Of a stretch of 64,000 bases of DNA, positions 28,241-39,598 are shown in pieces. A model generated the notes under the pieces. The model was not told the DNA's origin and did no database searches. It saw only the letters and a list, made by a program, of their open reading frames with translations. Position numbers and translations under genes: made by a program. Location of the stretch: assembly GCA_965263355.1 (NCBI GenBank), contig CBDHHL010000026.1:18364-82363 (forward strand), given 5' to 3'. The first letter of the stretch is position 1. Every line of letters starts with the position of its first letter. This DNA comes from Leptolyngbyaceae cyanobacterium (GTDB taxonomy: Bacteria; Cyanobacteriota; Cyanobacteriia; Phormidesmidales; Phormidesmidaceae).

Positions 28241-30361
28241 TTACTTTTGTTTAAGGACTAATAATGTAATATCATCAAATACTTTCTGTTCACCAATAAA
28301 ACCTTTTACATCATCAATAATAGCCCGTTTTACCTCTTCAGCCGTACCGCCCCAATTGTGGACAATTACGTCGCATAGGCGTGGCATACCATATTGTTTT
28401 TTATGCATATTATACGCTTCAGGAATGCCGTCAGTGTAAAGGACAACGCCATCTCCAGGCTGAAGTTTTACACTGGTGTAGTTAATAAAATCTGCGATAT
28501 CATTGTCTAAACCAATGGGCATACCCAAATCCATAGTGTCAATGCTTTCAATGGTATTATTGGCCCTCACTATCAGAATCTCTTCATGTTGACCACTGAT
28601 ACTAACCCATCCCTCCGAATAATTGAGGATAGCAAGGGTTAGATTTTTTTCAGAATCCATGCGTTGCACATTCTGATATATAGTGCGATTGATCGTTTCT
28701 AAAAACTTGACTGGGTCACGCTCTTGGAACTCTTTTAGGGTACGTACGGCTGTTTGAGTCATGAGCATCAACATACCACTTTCTAGACCATGTCCTGTCA
28801 CATCTCCAATCCCTAAAGTGACCACACCTTCTGTCTGTAGTACATCATAGTAATCTCCACCCACTTCATCAGCAGGTTCCATAAATCCAACAATATCAAG
28901 ACCTTCAACCTTTCTGAGTTCCTCTGGCTTAGGCAGTATCATTTGTTGAATTTTTCTAACAACGTCAAGCTCTGCCCCCATACGTAGGTTCTCAGCTTTA
29001 AGTTTTTCATTAAGTGTACTAATTTGAGCATTGGCATTGGCCAGTTCAGTTGTACGTTCGTTGACTTTATCCTCCAAGGTTTCAAAGGATGTTTTAAGTT
29101 GACTGGCCATGCTATCAAACGCATAGGCTAATGTCCGCAACTCACTAATGGGACCTGTTTGGCTGTCTCCCAAGGTCAGATCTCCATTGGCAATGGCCTC
29201 AGACGCTTGGGTCAGGTGTAATACTGGTTGCGTCAGCCAGCGGGTAATGAGTAAACCAATTCCGACCGCAATACCAAGGGCCAACAACATTAACCCAATA
29301 GTATTGCGGTTATTAGCATAGATCTGCTCCATAAAGTCAGATTCCGGAATAGCGACTACGATCAACCAGTCCAAACCGCGACCATCACGAAAGGGTAGAA
29401 CTTGAACAAAATGTTGCTGGCCCTGTAATTTAAATTTGAGCTGTTCCGATCGCGAAATTTCCTCTAGACTACCAAATCGATTAAAAATAAATTCCGCTGT
29501 TCCCTGTACAAGCGGATCCTGGCTATCTATTGCTTGTAGAAATTCAGGATTTTCCTCATTTCCCAACATCAAAGGTTCATCTGCAGAGCTAGAGATTAAA
29601 TAGCCTTGCCGATCCATCACAAAGGCTTGGCCAGACTTTCCTATATCTAGCTCTCTAAGGAAGTCACGAAACTCTTCTGGCAAAACAACGTCTGCCGCAC
29701 ACACCCCCAACAGCCGTTGCCCTGATCGATCATAGACAGGTAACCCCGCCGTAATATTCGGTAAGCCCGTAGTAAACGCAATGTAAACATCGGTCCAAAC
29801 CGGCTGTTGAGCCTGAGTAGCCGCCTGATACCAAGGGCGCTGTCTCGCATCAAATGTCTTCTTAAGCTGACGCAAAAAATAGGTGCGCTGCCCCTGTACA
29901 TTTAAGGTGTAATATTGCCGCTTACCTTTAGTTGCAGCATTGCTATAGGACAGTTGCAGAGAACCATCCTCCGGTACCCGCAGCACACCAAAAAAATCTC
30001 CCCGGTTATTACCACAGTAGACAAATGCTACATTGGGAGAAATTTTCATTTGCTGATATAGTTGAGCTTCCCCACGGCTAGCATTAGTTATATCAATCAC
30101 ACCGTGAAACAAGGCTGTTGCATTCAAGCGATTGATTTCATGAGGAGTTTCAAAATAGCCCTGTAATTCTCTTTGAATCCGTGCCGATACCTCCGTCCTT
30201 AGCTGGGAAGTCAGGCTTTGTACAGCCCGCTGACTATTACGATAGGAAAGATAGCCCACCAATCCCACAGTGACACAAATTTGAAGAATAAATGGAACTA
30301 CCAGCACCCTGCGAATAGGAATACGGAAATCACTCGGTAATTGATTAAACAAGCGTTTCAT
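28241..30361 (-). CDS. Cache-HAMP-SpoIIE (PP2C) sensor phosphatase
   Basis: Two TMs around a Cache domain (RPWY), HAMP, VGGDYYD, GDVTGHG, LYTDGI, DDITL. Confidence 0.92.
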   Translation of the reverse strand: MKRLFNQLPSDFRIPIRRVLVVPFILQICVTVGLVGYLSYRNSQRAVQSLTSQLRTEVSARIQRELQGYFETPHEINRLNATALFHGVIDITNASRGEAQLYQQMKISPNVAFVYCGNNRGDFFGVLRVPEDGSLQLSYSNAATKGKRQYYTLNVQGQRTYFLRQLKKTFDARQRPWYQAATQAQQPVWTDVYIAFTTGLPNITAGLPVYDRSGQRLLGVCAADVVLPEEFRDFLRELDIGKSGQAFVMDRQGYLISSSADEPLMLGNEENPEFLQAIDSQDPLVQGTAEFIFNRFGSLEEISRSEQLKFKLQGQQHFVQVLPFRDGRGLDWLIVVAIPESDFMEQIYANNRNTIGLMLLALGIAVGIGLLITRWLTQPVLHLTQASEAIANGDLTLGDSQTGPISELRTLAYAFDSMASQLKTSFETLEDKVNERTTELANANAQISTLNEKLKAENLRMGAELDVVRKIQQMILPKPEELRKVEGLDIVGFMEPADEVGGDYYDVLQTEGVVTLGIGDVTGHGLESGMLMLMTQTAVRTLKEFQERDPVKFLETINRTIYQNVQRMDSEKNLTLAILNYSEGWVSISGQHEEILIVRANNTIESIDTMDLGMPIGLDNDIADFINYTSVKLQPGDGVVLYTDGIPEAYNMHKKQYGMPRLCDVIVHNWGGTAEEVKRAIIDDVKGFIGEQKVFDDITLLVLKQK

Positions 30362-30416
30362 GCTGATACGTCACCATTGGCTAAATGAGACAGTTAATGC
30401 CTGCAGCAGACTAAAG

Positions 30417-30770
30417 CTACTCCACCTCTAATCTCAGAGTAGGAAGAAACTTTTGAAGATTCCTTAAGGATTTTCCCTGCCAGGGCACAGTATTGGATCC
30501 CAAAATAGCCAGCTGAATGTCTTTATTTTTTCGTAGACCCAGGACAAACTTGGATAACATACTAATACCGGAGCTATTTAGAAACGCTAATTGCCTAAGA
30601 TCGATGGTGATAACGGCAGGGCTATTACTAGCAATCTCATTCAATAGGTCTTTAATTGGCGCATATTCCTGAGGACTTCTTAAGGCCAACTCACCCTGAA
30701 ACCTAACAGTGACAGCATCAGCATTGTAGTAAACAACGTAGTCTTCACCCTTAATTTCCTGATTAGCCAT
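30417..30770 (-). CDS. Slr1659-family STAS / anti-anti-sigma protein
   Basis: IDLRQLAFLNSSGISML; probable start 30770. Confidence 0.8.
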   Translation of the reverse strand: MANQEIKGEDYVVYYNADAVTVRFQGELALRSPQEYAPIKDLLNEIASNSPAVITIDLRQLAFLNSSGISMLSKFVLGLRKNKDIQLAILGSNTVPWQGKSLRNLQKFLPTLRLEVE

Positions 30771-30962
30771 TGTCAAGGTCTTTGATGGAGCTTTCGATGG
30801 AATAAATGAATGGGTCATTCTGTACGACTGATATCTGGCAGAACATCCCCTTTTTATGAGAGCAAATAGCGCGGATTAAATGACTTCGCTATGCTCCCAT
30901 AGTTTTCTATTTCAAAGTCTGTAGAGAAATTATCCTTTACTAAACCCGTACATCGCTCAACG

Positions 30963-32156
30963 TTAAGGATGCTCCTGCAAAAATGCTTCGATCGCATCGA
31001 TTAGGGCATCTATTTCAGTCTCTAGCGTGAAGTAATGGATGCAAGCTCTCACACAGCTAGGTGATAATAAGGTACGGAGATAAAAATTTTGCGATTCTAG
31101 ATAGGTGACCAGCTTTTGATGCAGGGATGGGGAGTACTCGCCTGATTGAAAAATTTGAAATGACACTAACCCAGACTCTGGTGGAAACTTTAGCAGGCAC
31201 TGCACAGCCGATAAGCTACTGAGTTTGCCCCAAAGATAGCTACTGAGCTGACAAATGCGAAAATAGCGTTCTTCTGTTGGACCCCAATCGTTATGGGTTG
31301 CGATCGCAACCTGCAACCCACTACACAACGTCACATTGGACGTTGCTACCTCATAGCGACGCGCATCGGGCTGCCAGCCTGTAGGTTGCCCCTGCTGATT
31401 GATGATAATGCCACGCCAGCCAATAAACGTAGGCGCTAACTCTGCCATCGCCTCTAAACTGACATAGAGACCACCCAACCCGGCTGGGCCACAGTACCAT
31501 TTGTGCCCCGTAAACGCATAAAAATCCACCCCCGTCTCTGCTAGTTGGAGCGGTAACATACCTACAGACTGCGCCGCATCAGACAGGACACGCACCGGTT
31601 GAGGTCGAGTATGACAAAGCTGACAAATTTCCTTTAGGGGCATCACCTGTCCAGTGTTCCAAAGGATATGACTGACCACCACAAGCCGGGTAGTCGCTCG
31701 TAAATGCGCTTGAATAGTCGCAACCGGATCAGCCGCATTTAGCTGACTCAAGTGGGGAAAAACACTCACTTCTAGACCATAGCGCCGTTGCAACTCGTAG
31801 ACTGCGGCAAAAATTCCAGGATGCTCACAGTCAGACAGAAGAATATGATCGCCTCTAGACCAGGTCATCCCCCACAGAGCAATGTTGCAACCGACCGTAA
31901 CATTTTCTGTAATGGAAATCGTCTGGGGCGACACCCCCAAATCTGCCGCTAAAACTTGCCGTGTTTTTACCCCCTCTGCTTGCATCCATTGATTAACGGC
32001 ACTGCCAAAGGGACCACGGGTTTGAATGGTTTGATGGGAGGCTTGAATAGCGCCTAGAGTATTGATACCCATAGGCCCCTGACCACCATAGTTAAAATAT
32101 GTCTTGTTTTTCAGGGCTGGAATTGTCTGACGATATTGCGCAATGCGAACACTCAT
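30963..32156 (-). CDS. Class V PLP aminotransferase (L-cysteine/cystine lyase C-DES-like)
   Basis: YFNYGGQGP, EHP, SHILWNTG, DAAQSVG, FTGHKW. Confidence 0.88.
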   Translation of the reverse strand: MSVRIAQYRQTIPALKNKTYFNYGGQGPMGINTLGAIQASHQTIQTRGPFGSAVNQWMQAEGVKTRQVLAADLGVSPQTISITENVTVGCNIALWGMTWSRGDHILLSDCEHPGIFAAVYELQRRYGLEVSVFPHLSQLNAADPVATIQAHLRATTRLVVVSHILWNTGQVMPLKEICQLCHTRPQPVRVLSDAAQSVGMLPLQLAETGVDFYAFTGHKWYCGPAGLGGLYVSLEAMAELAPTFIGWRGIIINQQGQPTGWQPDARRYEVATSNVTLCSGLQVAIATHNDWGPTEERYFRICQLSSYLWGKLSSLSAVQCLLKFPPESGLVSFQIFQSGEYSPSLHQKLVTYLESQNFYLRTLLSPSCVRACIHYFTLETEIDALIDAIEAFLQEHP

Positions 32157-32386
32157 GAAGGCACAACCAAGCCAGTTAAATATTTATCAAGTTTAATCTA
32201 CCCTGTATGGGTTCCCTTGTCCGTAAAACCGGGTTCTCCTGGAGATTTTTGGAAATTCCTGACAGGTATTCCCCCCACTTGAACGTATTTACTAATACTC
32301 TGGGTAAGTTGTAAAAGATATTACTGTTCTGCATTAACTACTGATTTTAAGCGTTAATGCCTAATGATCATCACGGAAACCAACTC

Positions 32387-32965
32387 ATGCGCCTTTCACG
32401 CTCAATTTTGCCATTGGGGTTAGCTGCCCTAACACTCGTCAGCTGTGGTCCTTCAACAGTGGCTCAATGCAATGAGTTTGCTGATGTGATTAACCAGGCC
32501 CAAGGGTTCAAGGATGAGTTTGAAACCGAAATCGATAGCTTTACCCAACAGGCCCAAGGCGCTGAAAGTCTGGGAGATATTCAAACTGCAGCGACCCAGT
32601 ACATCAGTGCAGTAGAAAAGGTGGTGGGCAGTATTGACGGGATGGTCACTAGCCTGAATCAGTTGGAACTAGCAGATGAAAAGTTATCTCAGTATCGTAA
32701 CGGTTACGCTGAGATCATTTCTGGTTCTGCTCAAGAATTAAATGTCGCAGGTGAGGCCATGCGGTTGGTGGCCGATGCCCAATCAGAAGCCGATTTGAGC
32801 AATGTATTAGAAGAGTTTCAAGGCAAAGCCAATACCGCCTTTAGTAACCTACAAACCTTGTCTCAGAATGAAGCTACCCTGGTCAACGACATCAATAGCT
32901 ACTGCGGTGCTGAAGTCCCCGTCGGCACTGAAGAGGTAGCTCCAGGAACATCTGACCCAGAATAA
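32387..32965 (+). CDS. Helical lipoprotein, hypothetical
   Basis: Lipobox LVSC; Cys pair QCN...YC. Confidence 0.75.
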   Translation: MRLSRSILPLGLAALTLVSCGPSTVAQCNEFADVINQAQGFKDEFETEIDSFTQQAQGAESLGDIQTAATQYISAVEKVVGSIDGMVTSLNQLELADEKLSQYRNGYAEIISGSAQELNVAGEAMRLVADAQSEADLSNVLEEFQGKANTAFSNLQTLSQNEATLVNDINSYCGAEVPVGTEEVAPGTSDPE

Positions 32966-33053
32966 TAGAACAGGTTGGCCATAGCCATAGAGACACAGAC
33001 AGTCCTACAGAGTCACGATAGAATCAGAAACGCTGCTTGCTGACTCTATTGCT

Positions 33054-34397
33054 ATGGTTGACTCTGCTTTGCTGATTGAAACCGATACCTCTGCTCGCCA
33101 GACCTGGACGATTACAGCCAATGGGAAAGGACTCCAGGGACGACTGCAAGTGCCTGGCGACAAATCCATTTCCCATCGGTCCTTGATGTTAGGCGCGTTG
33201 GCCAGCGGTGAAACCCGGATCAAAGGTCTGCTTCTAGGAGAAGACCCCCGCAGTACAGCAGCTTGTTTTCAGGCCATGGGTGCCGAGATATCTAATCTTG
33301 AAGCCGAGTGGGTCACAGTTAAAGGCCGAGGTGTTGGGCAACTGCAGGAACCCATGACTGTGTTGGATGCAGGTAATTCAGGCACCGCATTGAGGTTGAT
33401 GTTGGGCTTACTGGCCTCACAACCAGAACGATTTTTTACGGTGACGGGGGATAGTTCTTTGCGATCGCGCCCCATGGCACGGGTGATCAAGCCCCTGACA
33501 TCCATGGGTGCCAAAATCTGGGGGCGCAACAACAATCAGCTGGCTCCCCTGGCCATCCAAGGGCAAACACTATCACCCATTCATTATCAATCGCCCATTG
33601 CTTCAGCCCAGGTCAAGTCCTGCATTTTACTGGCGGGTTTATCGGTCGATGGGGATACCACCGTCACCGAACCCAGCCTATCGCGAGACCACAGTGAGCG
33701 CATGCTCAGTGCCTTTGGTGCGAAACTCACCGTCGACCGCGACGCTTGTCGAGTCACCCTGCATGGTCCGAGTCAACTCCAAGGCCAAACTGTGATTGTA
33801 CCTGGCGACATTAGTTCCGCTGCCTACTGGATGGTGGCAGCCGCCATTGTGCCAGGGTCCGATCTTGTGATTGAAAATGTCGGCGTCAACCCCACCCGCA
33901 TTGGCATTTTAGAAGCCCTTCAACAGATGGAGGCCGATATTACCCTCGAAAATCCTCGTGAAGTGACTGGAGAACCGGTGGCCGATATCCGTGTACGCAC
34001 CAGCAACCTTAAGGCCTGCACCCTTGGCGGCAGCCTAATTCCTCGGTTAATTGATGAAGTGCCGATTCTGGCAGTAGCCGCTCTGTTTGCCAAAGGCACC
34101 ACCCGGATCGAAAATGCTGCAGAACTGCGCGTCAAGGAAAGCGATCGCATTGCCGTTACTGCCAGCCAGCTCAATCGCCTGGGCGCATCGATAAACGAAC
34201 TACCCGATGGCTTAGAAATTCAAGGCGGAGCGACCCTTACCGGCACCGATGTCGATAGCTTTACCGACCACCGAATTGCCATGAGCTTAGCCATTGCCGC
34301 CCTACGGGCCAGTGGTTCTACCACGATTAACCAAGCCGAAGCCGCCGCCGTATCTTATCCACCCTTTGCCCAAACTCTAAAGCAATTTGCCATCTAA
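33054..34397 (+). CDS. aroA: 3-phosphoshikimate 1-carboxyvinyltransferase
   Basis: [33 protein letters not shown]. Confidence 0.97.
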   Translation: MVDSALLIETDTSARQTWTITANGKGLQGRLQVPGDKSISHRSLMLGALASGETRIKGLLLGEDPRSTAACFQAMGAEISNLEAEWVTVKGRGVGQLQEPMTVLDAGNSGTALRLMLGLLASQPERFFTVTGDSSLRSRPMARVIKPLTSMGAKIWGRNNNQLAPLAIQGQTLSPIHYQSPIASAQVKSCILLAGLSVDGDTTVTEPSLSRDHSERMLSAFGAKLTVDRDACRVTLHGPSQLQGQTVIVPGDISSAAYWMVAAAIVPGSDLVIENVGVNPTRIGILEALQQMEADITLENPREVTGEPVADIRVRTSNLKACTLGGSLIPRLIDEVPILAVAALFAKGTTRIENAAELRVKESDRIAVTASQLNRLGASINELPDGLEIQGGATLTGTDVDSFTDHRIAMSLAIAALRASGSTTINQAEAAAVSYPPFAQTLKQFAI

Positions 34398-34636
34398 GGA
34401 ATAGCACAGCATGCAGGCCAAAAAGTCGGCTGAGGACGATGAGGCGTAAGCTTGCCCTAAACCTGTGAACGTGTGGTGAGTGGTAATGGGTGAATCGATT
34501 GATCTCATCCGGTCGCGGGAATTCTAGAGCAACTTTGGAAAACCTCTAACATATCCAGGGCGACCTGTTAGCCACAGGCTATCCTCGACTTTCTATCTAT
34601 TGCCCTGCCTGTGATTAGGGTTGCAAATTAGCATCT

Positions 34637-36361
34637 ATGCAAAAGATTTTACTAATTGGGTCATCGCAGTTACAGCCATCGGCAACTGTACAAATGATTG
34701 CAGCCGCAGGCTACAGTATCGAACAGGCAGAAACAGGACTCACTGGCCTGGAACTAGCCCACAGCCATAACCCAAATCTGGTGGTCTGCGATTGGAACTT
34801 AAGCGACTGTAACGGCCATTACGTACTGAAACAAATGCGTAACGACCCGCAATTAGCAGTTATTCCCTTCATCTTGCTAAGCCCGCTATATAACTACAAT
34901 CATTGGCGACAAACCATGCAGCTAGGGGCTGACGACTGTTTGCTAGCACCTTTTTCTGAAGATGTATTAATTGGTGCTATCACCGCTCGCCTTAAACAGC
35001 AAGCGGTCATTACAAATCATTACCTTAGCCATTTACGCCTGGCCGCAGAACATCTTAATCGCTTGTCCTACTATGACAGCCTTACCAAGCTTCCCAATCA
35101 TCACCTATTTGAACAACGCTTTACCCAGCTGGTCCAAACATCCCATAAATCAGTCGCCCTGATCTCCTTAAGCTTGGATCGTCTTAGACAAATCAATAAT
35201 ATTTTGGGTTATCCAGCTGGTAATAGTCTCTTACAATCTGCTAGCCATCGCCTGCAAGCCTGCTTACCAGAAAACACCACCCTCGCTCGTCTAACCGGTA
35301 ATCAATTTGCCATTGCCATTGGCAATATAGACCATCAGGGCACAGTAAGAACCCTGGCAACAGACCTGATGGATGCCCTCAGCCGGCCCTTTTCACTCCC
35401 CGGTCATGAAGTTTTTCTCACCGCCAGCATCGGCGTAGCTATGTACCCAGACAATAGTCAAAAGCTACCAATACTGATGCGTCAGGCTGATGCAGCTCTG
35501 GAATATGCAAAACGCCAAAAAAGTAACTATTGCCAGTTTTATCAACCCGACATGGCGATTGCTACCGAGTATCAAATTCGATTAGAAACCTGGCTGCGTT
35601 ATGCCCTAGAACGTGATGAGTTTGAAGTCTATTATCAGCCTCAACTTAATCTTCACAGTGGCTATATTGAGGGTGTTGAAGCCCTAATTCGTTGGCATCA
35701 TCCCAAGGCAGGCAACATTGCACCCGGTTTGTTTATCCCACTTGCAGAAGAAACAGGGCTAATTATTGCAATCGGACAGTGGGTGCTCGAAACGGCCTGC
35801 CGTCAGGCACGCCAATGGCAAGATATGAATCTAGGTCTGCGTCACATGTCAGTCAATTTATCAAGCGTCCAGTTTAATCAGGGCAGCTTGACTCAGCAGG
35901 TAGCCAGAACCCTGAAAGATAGTGGCCTATCGCCCCACTTACTAGAACTGGAAATTACTGAAACAGCTCTGATTCAAGATGCTAATGCCGCTGTACAGAC
36001 CTTGAATGAACTCAAATCCTTAGGAATTCGATTAGCTGTAGATGATTTTGGCACTGGGTACTCATCTCTTAGCTATTTACAAAAGCTTCCTATCAACACC
36101 CTCAAAATTGATAATTGCTTTGTCCGGGGTGTTACAACGTCTCCCAAAAACCAAGTAATTCTAAAATCAGCTATTCATATGGGGCACGATTTGGGACTGT
36201 GCATTATTGCAGAAGGCGTGGAAACCATGGAGGAACAATCCTTACTGGAAAGCTATCAGTGTGACTTTGCTCAAGGCTATCGAATTGGCAAGCCGATGAG
36301 TGCTCAACACCTACAAAGATATCTAGAACAACGCACACCCTTGATCAGCTTGGCCTCATAA
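34637..36361 (+). CDS. REC-GGDEF(degenerate)-EAL c-di-GMP phosphodiesterase
   Basis: Receiver domain; GGDEF replaced by TGNQF; intact EAL, DDFGTGYSS, EGVE. Confidence 0.9.
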   Translation: MQKILLIGSSQLQPSATVQMIAAAGYSIEQAETGLTGLELAHSHNPNLVVCDWNLSDCNGHYVLKQMRNDPQLAVIPFILLSPLYNYNHWRQTMQLGADDCLLAPFSEDVLIGAITARLKQQAVITNHYLSHLRLAAEHLNRLSYYDSLTKLPNHHLFEQRFTQLVQTSHKSVALISLSLDRLRQINNILGYPAGNSLLQSASHRLQACLPENTTLARLTGNQFAIAIGNIDHQGTVRTLATDLMDALSRPFSLPGHEVFLTASIGVAMYPDNSQKLPILMRQADAALEYAKRQKSNYCQFYQPDMAIATEYQIRLETWLRYALERDEFEVYYQPQLNLHSGYIEGVEALIRWHHPKAGNIAPGLFIPLAEETGLIIAIGQWVLETACRQARQWQDMNLGLRHMSVNLSSVQFNQGSLTQQVARTLKDSGLSPHLLELEITETALIQDANAAVQTLNELKSLGIRLAVDDFGTGYSSLSYLQKLPINTLKIDNCFVRGVTTSPKNQVILKSAIHMGHDLGLCIIAEGVETMEEQSLLESYQCDFAQGYRIGKPMSAQHLQRYLEQRTPLISLAS

Positions 36362-36629
36362 ATCACTCCTAAGTTTTTAAATTTTAGTTTGTTAAAACCT
36401 TTGGCTTACCACCCCATTAGTGGTGGCCCGTTTGAGCATTTCATTTCTGGCATACTCCCATTTCTGGTATACCGTAATTATGCTAAGGGCATAGGGAATA
36501 ATATACACATACCTAAACAGTGCTTATTACCAGACTGTATTGCGTAACCCGCATTATCTAGCGGTTAGCGAGTTACCATAGCGTTAGCCTTGGATCATTG
36601 TCATCCATCAGAATGCTTAGGGCACCAGC

Positions 36630-37109
36630 ATGAAACAACATTTCTGGGTGGCGGTTAAAAAGCTTATGTGGCAAGAGTGGCGAAAGGTGAATAACTATAT
36701 TCGTAGCTTAGAAAGCTATTGGGATATGAGCCCCGATTTATCCATTCGCTATCAGGTTAACCAATCCTTACGACAGCATCGTCATCCTTTATCAGCCAAA
36801 GATTGGTGTGAAGAATGTCATCGAGCCACCCAATGTCAGCCCCAGATACTCCTCTTTCTTTATCACTCATTAGCCAATTATTCTGGCATTGAGTTTAACC
36901 GAGTCAGACCCAATGATCGTCTGGTTGACGATCTGCAGTTTCCCATGGTGTGCTGGTTTGATTGGCCCGTTAGCTTTTGTGATGACGTCATCAGCCACTT
37001 TGGCATAGACATTAGTGACTGTTTTGATGAAACTCGCTTTGACACCGTTGCCGACTTGATTAGATTTCTAGACGCTTGCTTGACCAGTAAGTCATCCTCA
37101 ACCAATTGA
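36630..37109 (+). CDS. Hypothetical protein
   Basis: Free-standing ORF with an ACP-like acidic C-terminus (FDTVADLIRFL). Confidence 0.7.
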   Translation: MKQHFWVAVKKLMWQEWRKVNNYIRSLESYWDMSPDLSIRYQVNQSLRQHRHPLSAKDWCEECHRATQCQPQILLFLYHSLANYSGIEFNRVRPNDRLVDDLQFPMVCWFDWPVSFCDDVISHFGIDISDCFDETRFDTVADLIRFLDACLTSKSSSTN

Positions 37110-37253
37110 TCCTCCTTTTATCACGTCCAATAGATACGCTTGGTAAAAAAAAGATCGGTTGCCCCTTACAGGTTTATTACAGACAAAAACAACCCATAAA
37201 GGGAATGCCTACATTAGATTAAAATGTAGCTTTGGCACTCTTACTGACTAGCC

Positions 37254-37775
37254 ATGCCTAGAACTCAACGTAACGATAATTTCATCGATAAATCTTTTAC
37301 GGTCATGGCCGATATGATCTTAAAGATGCTGCCGACGAAAAAACAGGCCAAAGAAGCGTTTGCCTACTACCGTGACGGTATGTCGGCCCAAGCGGATGGG
37401 GAGTATGCAGAAGCTTTAGATAACTACAATGTTGCTTTAGAGCTGGAAGAAGATCCCTATGATAAAAGTTTTATCTTGTATAACATGGGGCTGATCCACG
37501 CCAGCAATGGTGACCATGATGCAGCGTTAGAAAAATACGCAGCGGCCATTGAACTTAATCCTCGCATGCCTCAGGCATTGAATAATACTGCCGTCATCCA
37601 CCACTATCGGGGTGAGCAGGCTGAAGCTGCCGGTGATAAACAAACGGCTGAAGCCTTTTATGATCAAGCAGCAACCTACTGGCTAGATGCCTTAAGAATG
37701 GCCCCAAATAACTACATTGAGGCACAAAACTGGTTAAAGAATACAGGCCGGATGCCTGCCGATGTATTCTTTTAA
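37254..37775 (+). CDS. ycf3: Photosystem I assembly protein Ycf3
   Basis: [23 protein letters not shown] repeats, [11 protein letters not shown]. Confidence 0.98.
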   Translation: MPRTQRNDNFIDKSFTVMADMILKMLPTKKQAKEAFAYYRDGMSAQADGEYAEALDNYNVALELEEDPYDKSFILYNMGLIHASNGDHDAALEKYAAAIELNPRMPQALNNTAVIHHYRGEQAEAAGDKQTAEAFYDQAATYWLDALRMAPNNYIEAQNWLKNTGRMPADVFF

Positions 37776-37786
37776 TCAATTAGTAG

Positions 37787-37861
37787 GTATCAACCTTGTC
37801 CATGGACAGAACGGTCGTTTTTCCGTAGAAGACCTACAGGTTTCCACTTGGACGTGGTTTA
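37787..37861 (+). repeat. Dispersed ~75-85-bp repeat, copy B
   Basis: GTATCAACCTTGTCCATGGACAGAACGGTCGTTTTTCC...CTTGGACGTGGTTTA. Confidence 0.8.
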
Positions 37862-37916
37862 GTCTTCTAATCAATAAATTGAACGGTGGGCAATGCCCAC
37901 CCTAGTCTCTATTATC

Positions 37917-38204
37917 ATGATTAATTTAGAACAGGTTCGTAAGGTAGCACTACTGGCTCGCTTGGAACTCACTGAAGCAGAAGAGCAACAGTTTACAGAG
38001 CAGCTGAACGGTATTTTGGGCTATGTAGAGCAGCTAAGGGAACTAAATACCGAAAATATTGAGCCAACTACCCGGGCAATTGAACTGAGCAATATCACTC
38101 GGCAAGACGCATTAGAGCCCTTTGAGGAGCGGGAAGCCATCTTAGATATTGCGCCTGAGCGTGAGGATGATTTTTTCAAGGTACCTAAGATTTTAGGTAG
38201 CTAA
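37917..38204 (+). CDS. gatC: Asp/Glu-tRNA amidotransferase subunit C
   Basis: [12 protein letters not shown]...FFKVPKIL. Confidence 0.95.
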   Translation: MINLEQVRKVALLARLELTEAEEQQFTEQLNGILGYVEQLRELNTENIEPTTRAIELSNITRQDALEPFEEREAILDIAPEREDDFFKVPKILGS

Positions 38205-38255
38205 TTGTAGAGACGTTCCATGGACCGCCTCTACAAAATAGAGCGGAATTAACCA

Positions 38256-39002
38256 TCAACCGCCCAAAAATTGTAGGTAATCGTTGCTCATTTCTTTAAC
38301 CGCAGCTTCGTAAAATTGTTTGCCATGCTCTGGTGTCGCTAAATCTGGGTTCGATCCCATACGGCCATCGGTGTAAAACTGCCGAAAATCGGTAGCGCCA
38401 TAGATAGAATGGCCAGATGGAGCTACTTGGGGCTGCAATGGAGCTGATTTGATGAAATCGGGATAGGCATATTGAGTCAGGGCCACTTCGCTGGGGGTAG
38501 CATGGGAGCCTTCTTGATTGCCATAAAGTTCCTTAGCCAAGGTATGAACCGACCGACACATAAACCAGTTTGCTAGCTTACAGCGCACTTGATCGGCACC
38601 AGCAATATTGAGATCCGTTAAAGCCGCATAGGTTTCAGAAAAGGCTGCCTTTAGGGTGGCCATATTTCCCCCATGGCCATTGATAAAGTAAAACCGGTTA
38701 AACCCAGCCTTGGCCAGGGGTTTAATATAGTCTTGGATAAGGGCAATTAAGGTACTGGGACGCAAACTCATGCTGCCAGGAAAGGCTGTATGGTGCAATG
38801 CCATCCCCACGTTGATCGTAGGTCCGATTAAGGCATTGGTCTGATCGCCTACACCTGTGGCGATCGTTTCTGCGCAGATAGCATCGGTGCCAATCAGCCC
38901 TGTGGGACCATGTTGTTCGGTCGACCCGATGGGAAAAATAATGCCTTGCGATCGCGACAAATAATTTTCCACCTCAGGCCATGTGCATAACTGTAATCGC
39001 AT
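38256..39002 (-). CDS. Creatininase family protein
   Basis: PIGSTEQHGP, NGHGGN, HATPSE. Confidence 0.92.
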   Translation of the reverse strand: MRLQLCTWPEVENYLSRSQGIIFPIGSTEQHGPTGLIGTDAICAETIATGVGDQTNALIGPTINVGMALHHTAFPGSMSLRPSTLIALIQDYIKPLAKAGFNRFYFINGHGGNMATLKAAFSETYAALTDLNIAGADQVRCKLANWFMCRSVHTLAKELYGNQEGSHATPSEVALTQYAYPDFIKSAPLQPQVAPSGHSIYGATDFRQFYTDGRMGSNPDLATPEHGKQFYEAAVKEMSNDYLQFLGG

Positions 39003-39170
39003 GGTTTAATCTCCGCCAAACTAAAACACCAGCATTCAATCTTTTCTAACTCTAGAGCGGCTCTTTAACCATGGAGAAAACGAGAGGGTAAACCCTTTAC
39101 ATCGTTGTACCGCGTTTCAGGGTGGTCAAACTCTATTCCCCTCCCTTAAGCTGTATTTAAGGTGTGGTTC

Positions 39171-39243
39171 TAAACCTTTATCATGTCCAGAACTGTAGGT
39201 TTTTCGTCAAGGAAACTCAAGGGTTTAACTTGGACGTGGTTTA
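39171..39243 (+). repeat. Dispersed ~75-85-bp repeat, copy C (diverged)
   Basis: CATGTCCAGAAC...AACTTGGACGTGGTTTA. Confidence 0.65.
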
Positions 39244-39280
39244 TTACCACAATAGTCGCCTAGATGACGGGTAGATTTCT

Positions 39281-39568
39281 ATGCTACATCGCAAGATATA
39301 TCAGCTCTCCTGCGACGGTCGTGAGGTGTGGGTGTTTTTAAGAGATCAGCACCGCTGGATTGAGCGGGCTAAGATTCTAAACATCGAAGGCGATCTTGTG
39401 ACTTTGCGCTATGAAACAGAAGAAGACGATGAACGCTGCGCCTGGGAAGAAATGGTCCGGCTAGAAAGTATCGGGTCTATTCAACAAAAGCTAGCCACCG
39501 TGCCTAAAGGAGATACCGAAATCGTCATTTCCGATGATTGCCCGACCTCTGAACAACTCCGTGATTAG
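39281..39568 (+). CDS. Conserved cyanobacterial hypothetical protein (DUF6679-like)
   Basis: MLHRKIYQL...WEEMVRLESIG. Confidence 0.8.
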   Translation: MLHRKIYQLSCDGREVWVFLRDQHRWIERAKILNIEGDLVTLRYETEEDDERCAWEEMVRLESIGSIQQKLATVPKGDTEIVISDDCPTSEQLRD

Positions 39569-39598
39569 GGATGGCCGTATAGGGGTTGGCATGCACCC

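Noticed and set aside
34637..36361. Active diguanylate cyclase
   Set aside because: The GGDEF motif is degenerate (TGNQF); a common phosphodiesterase-only architecture
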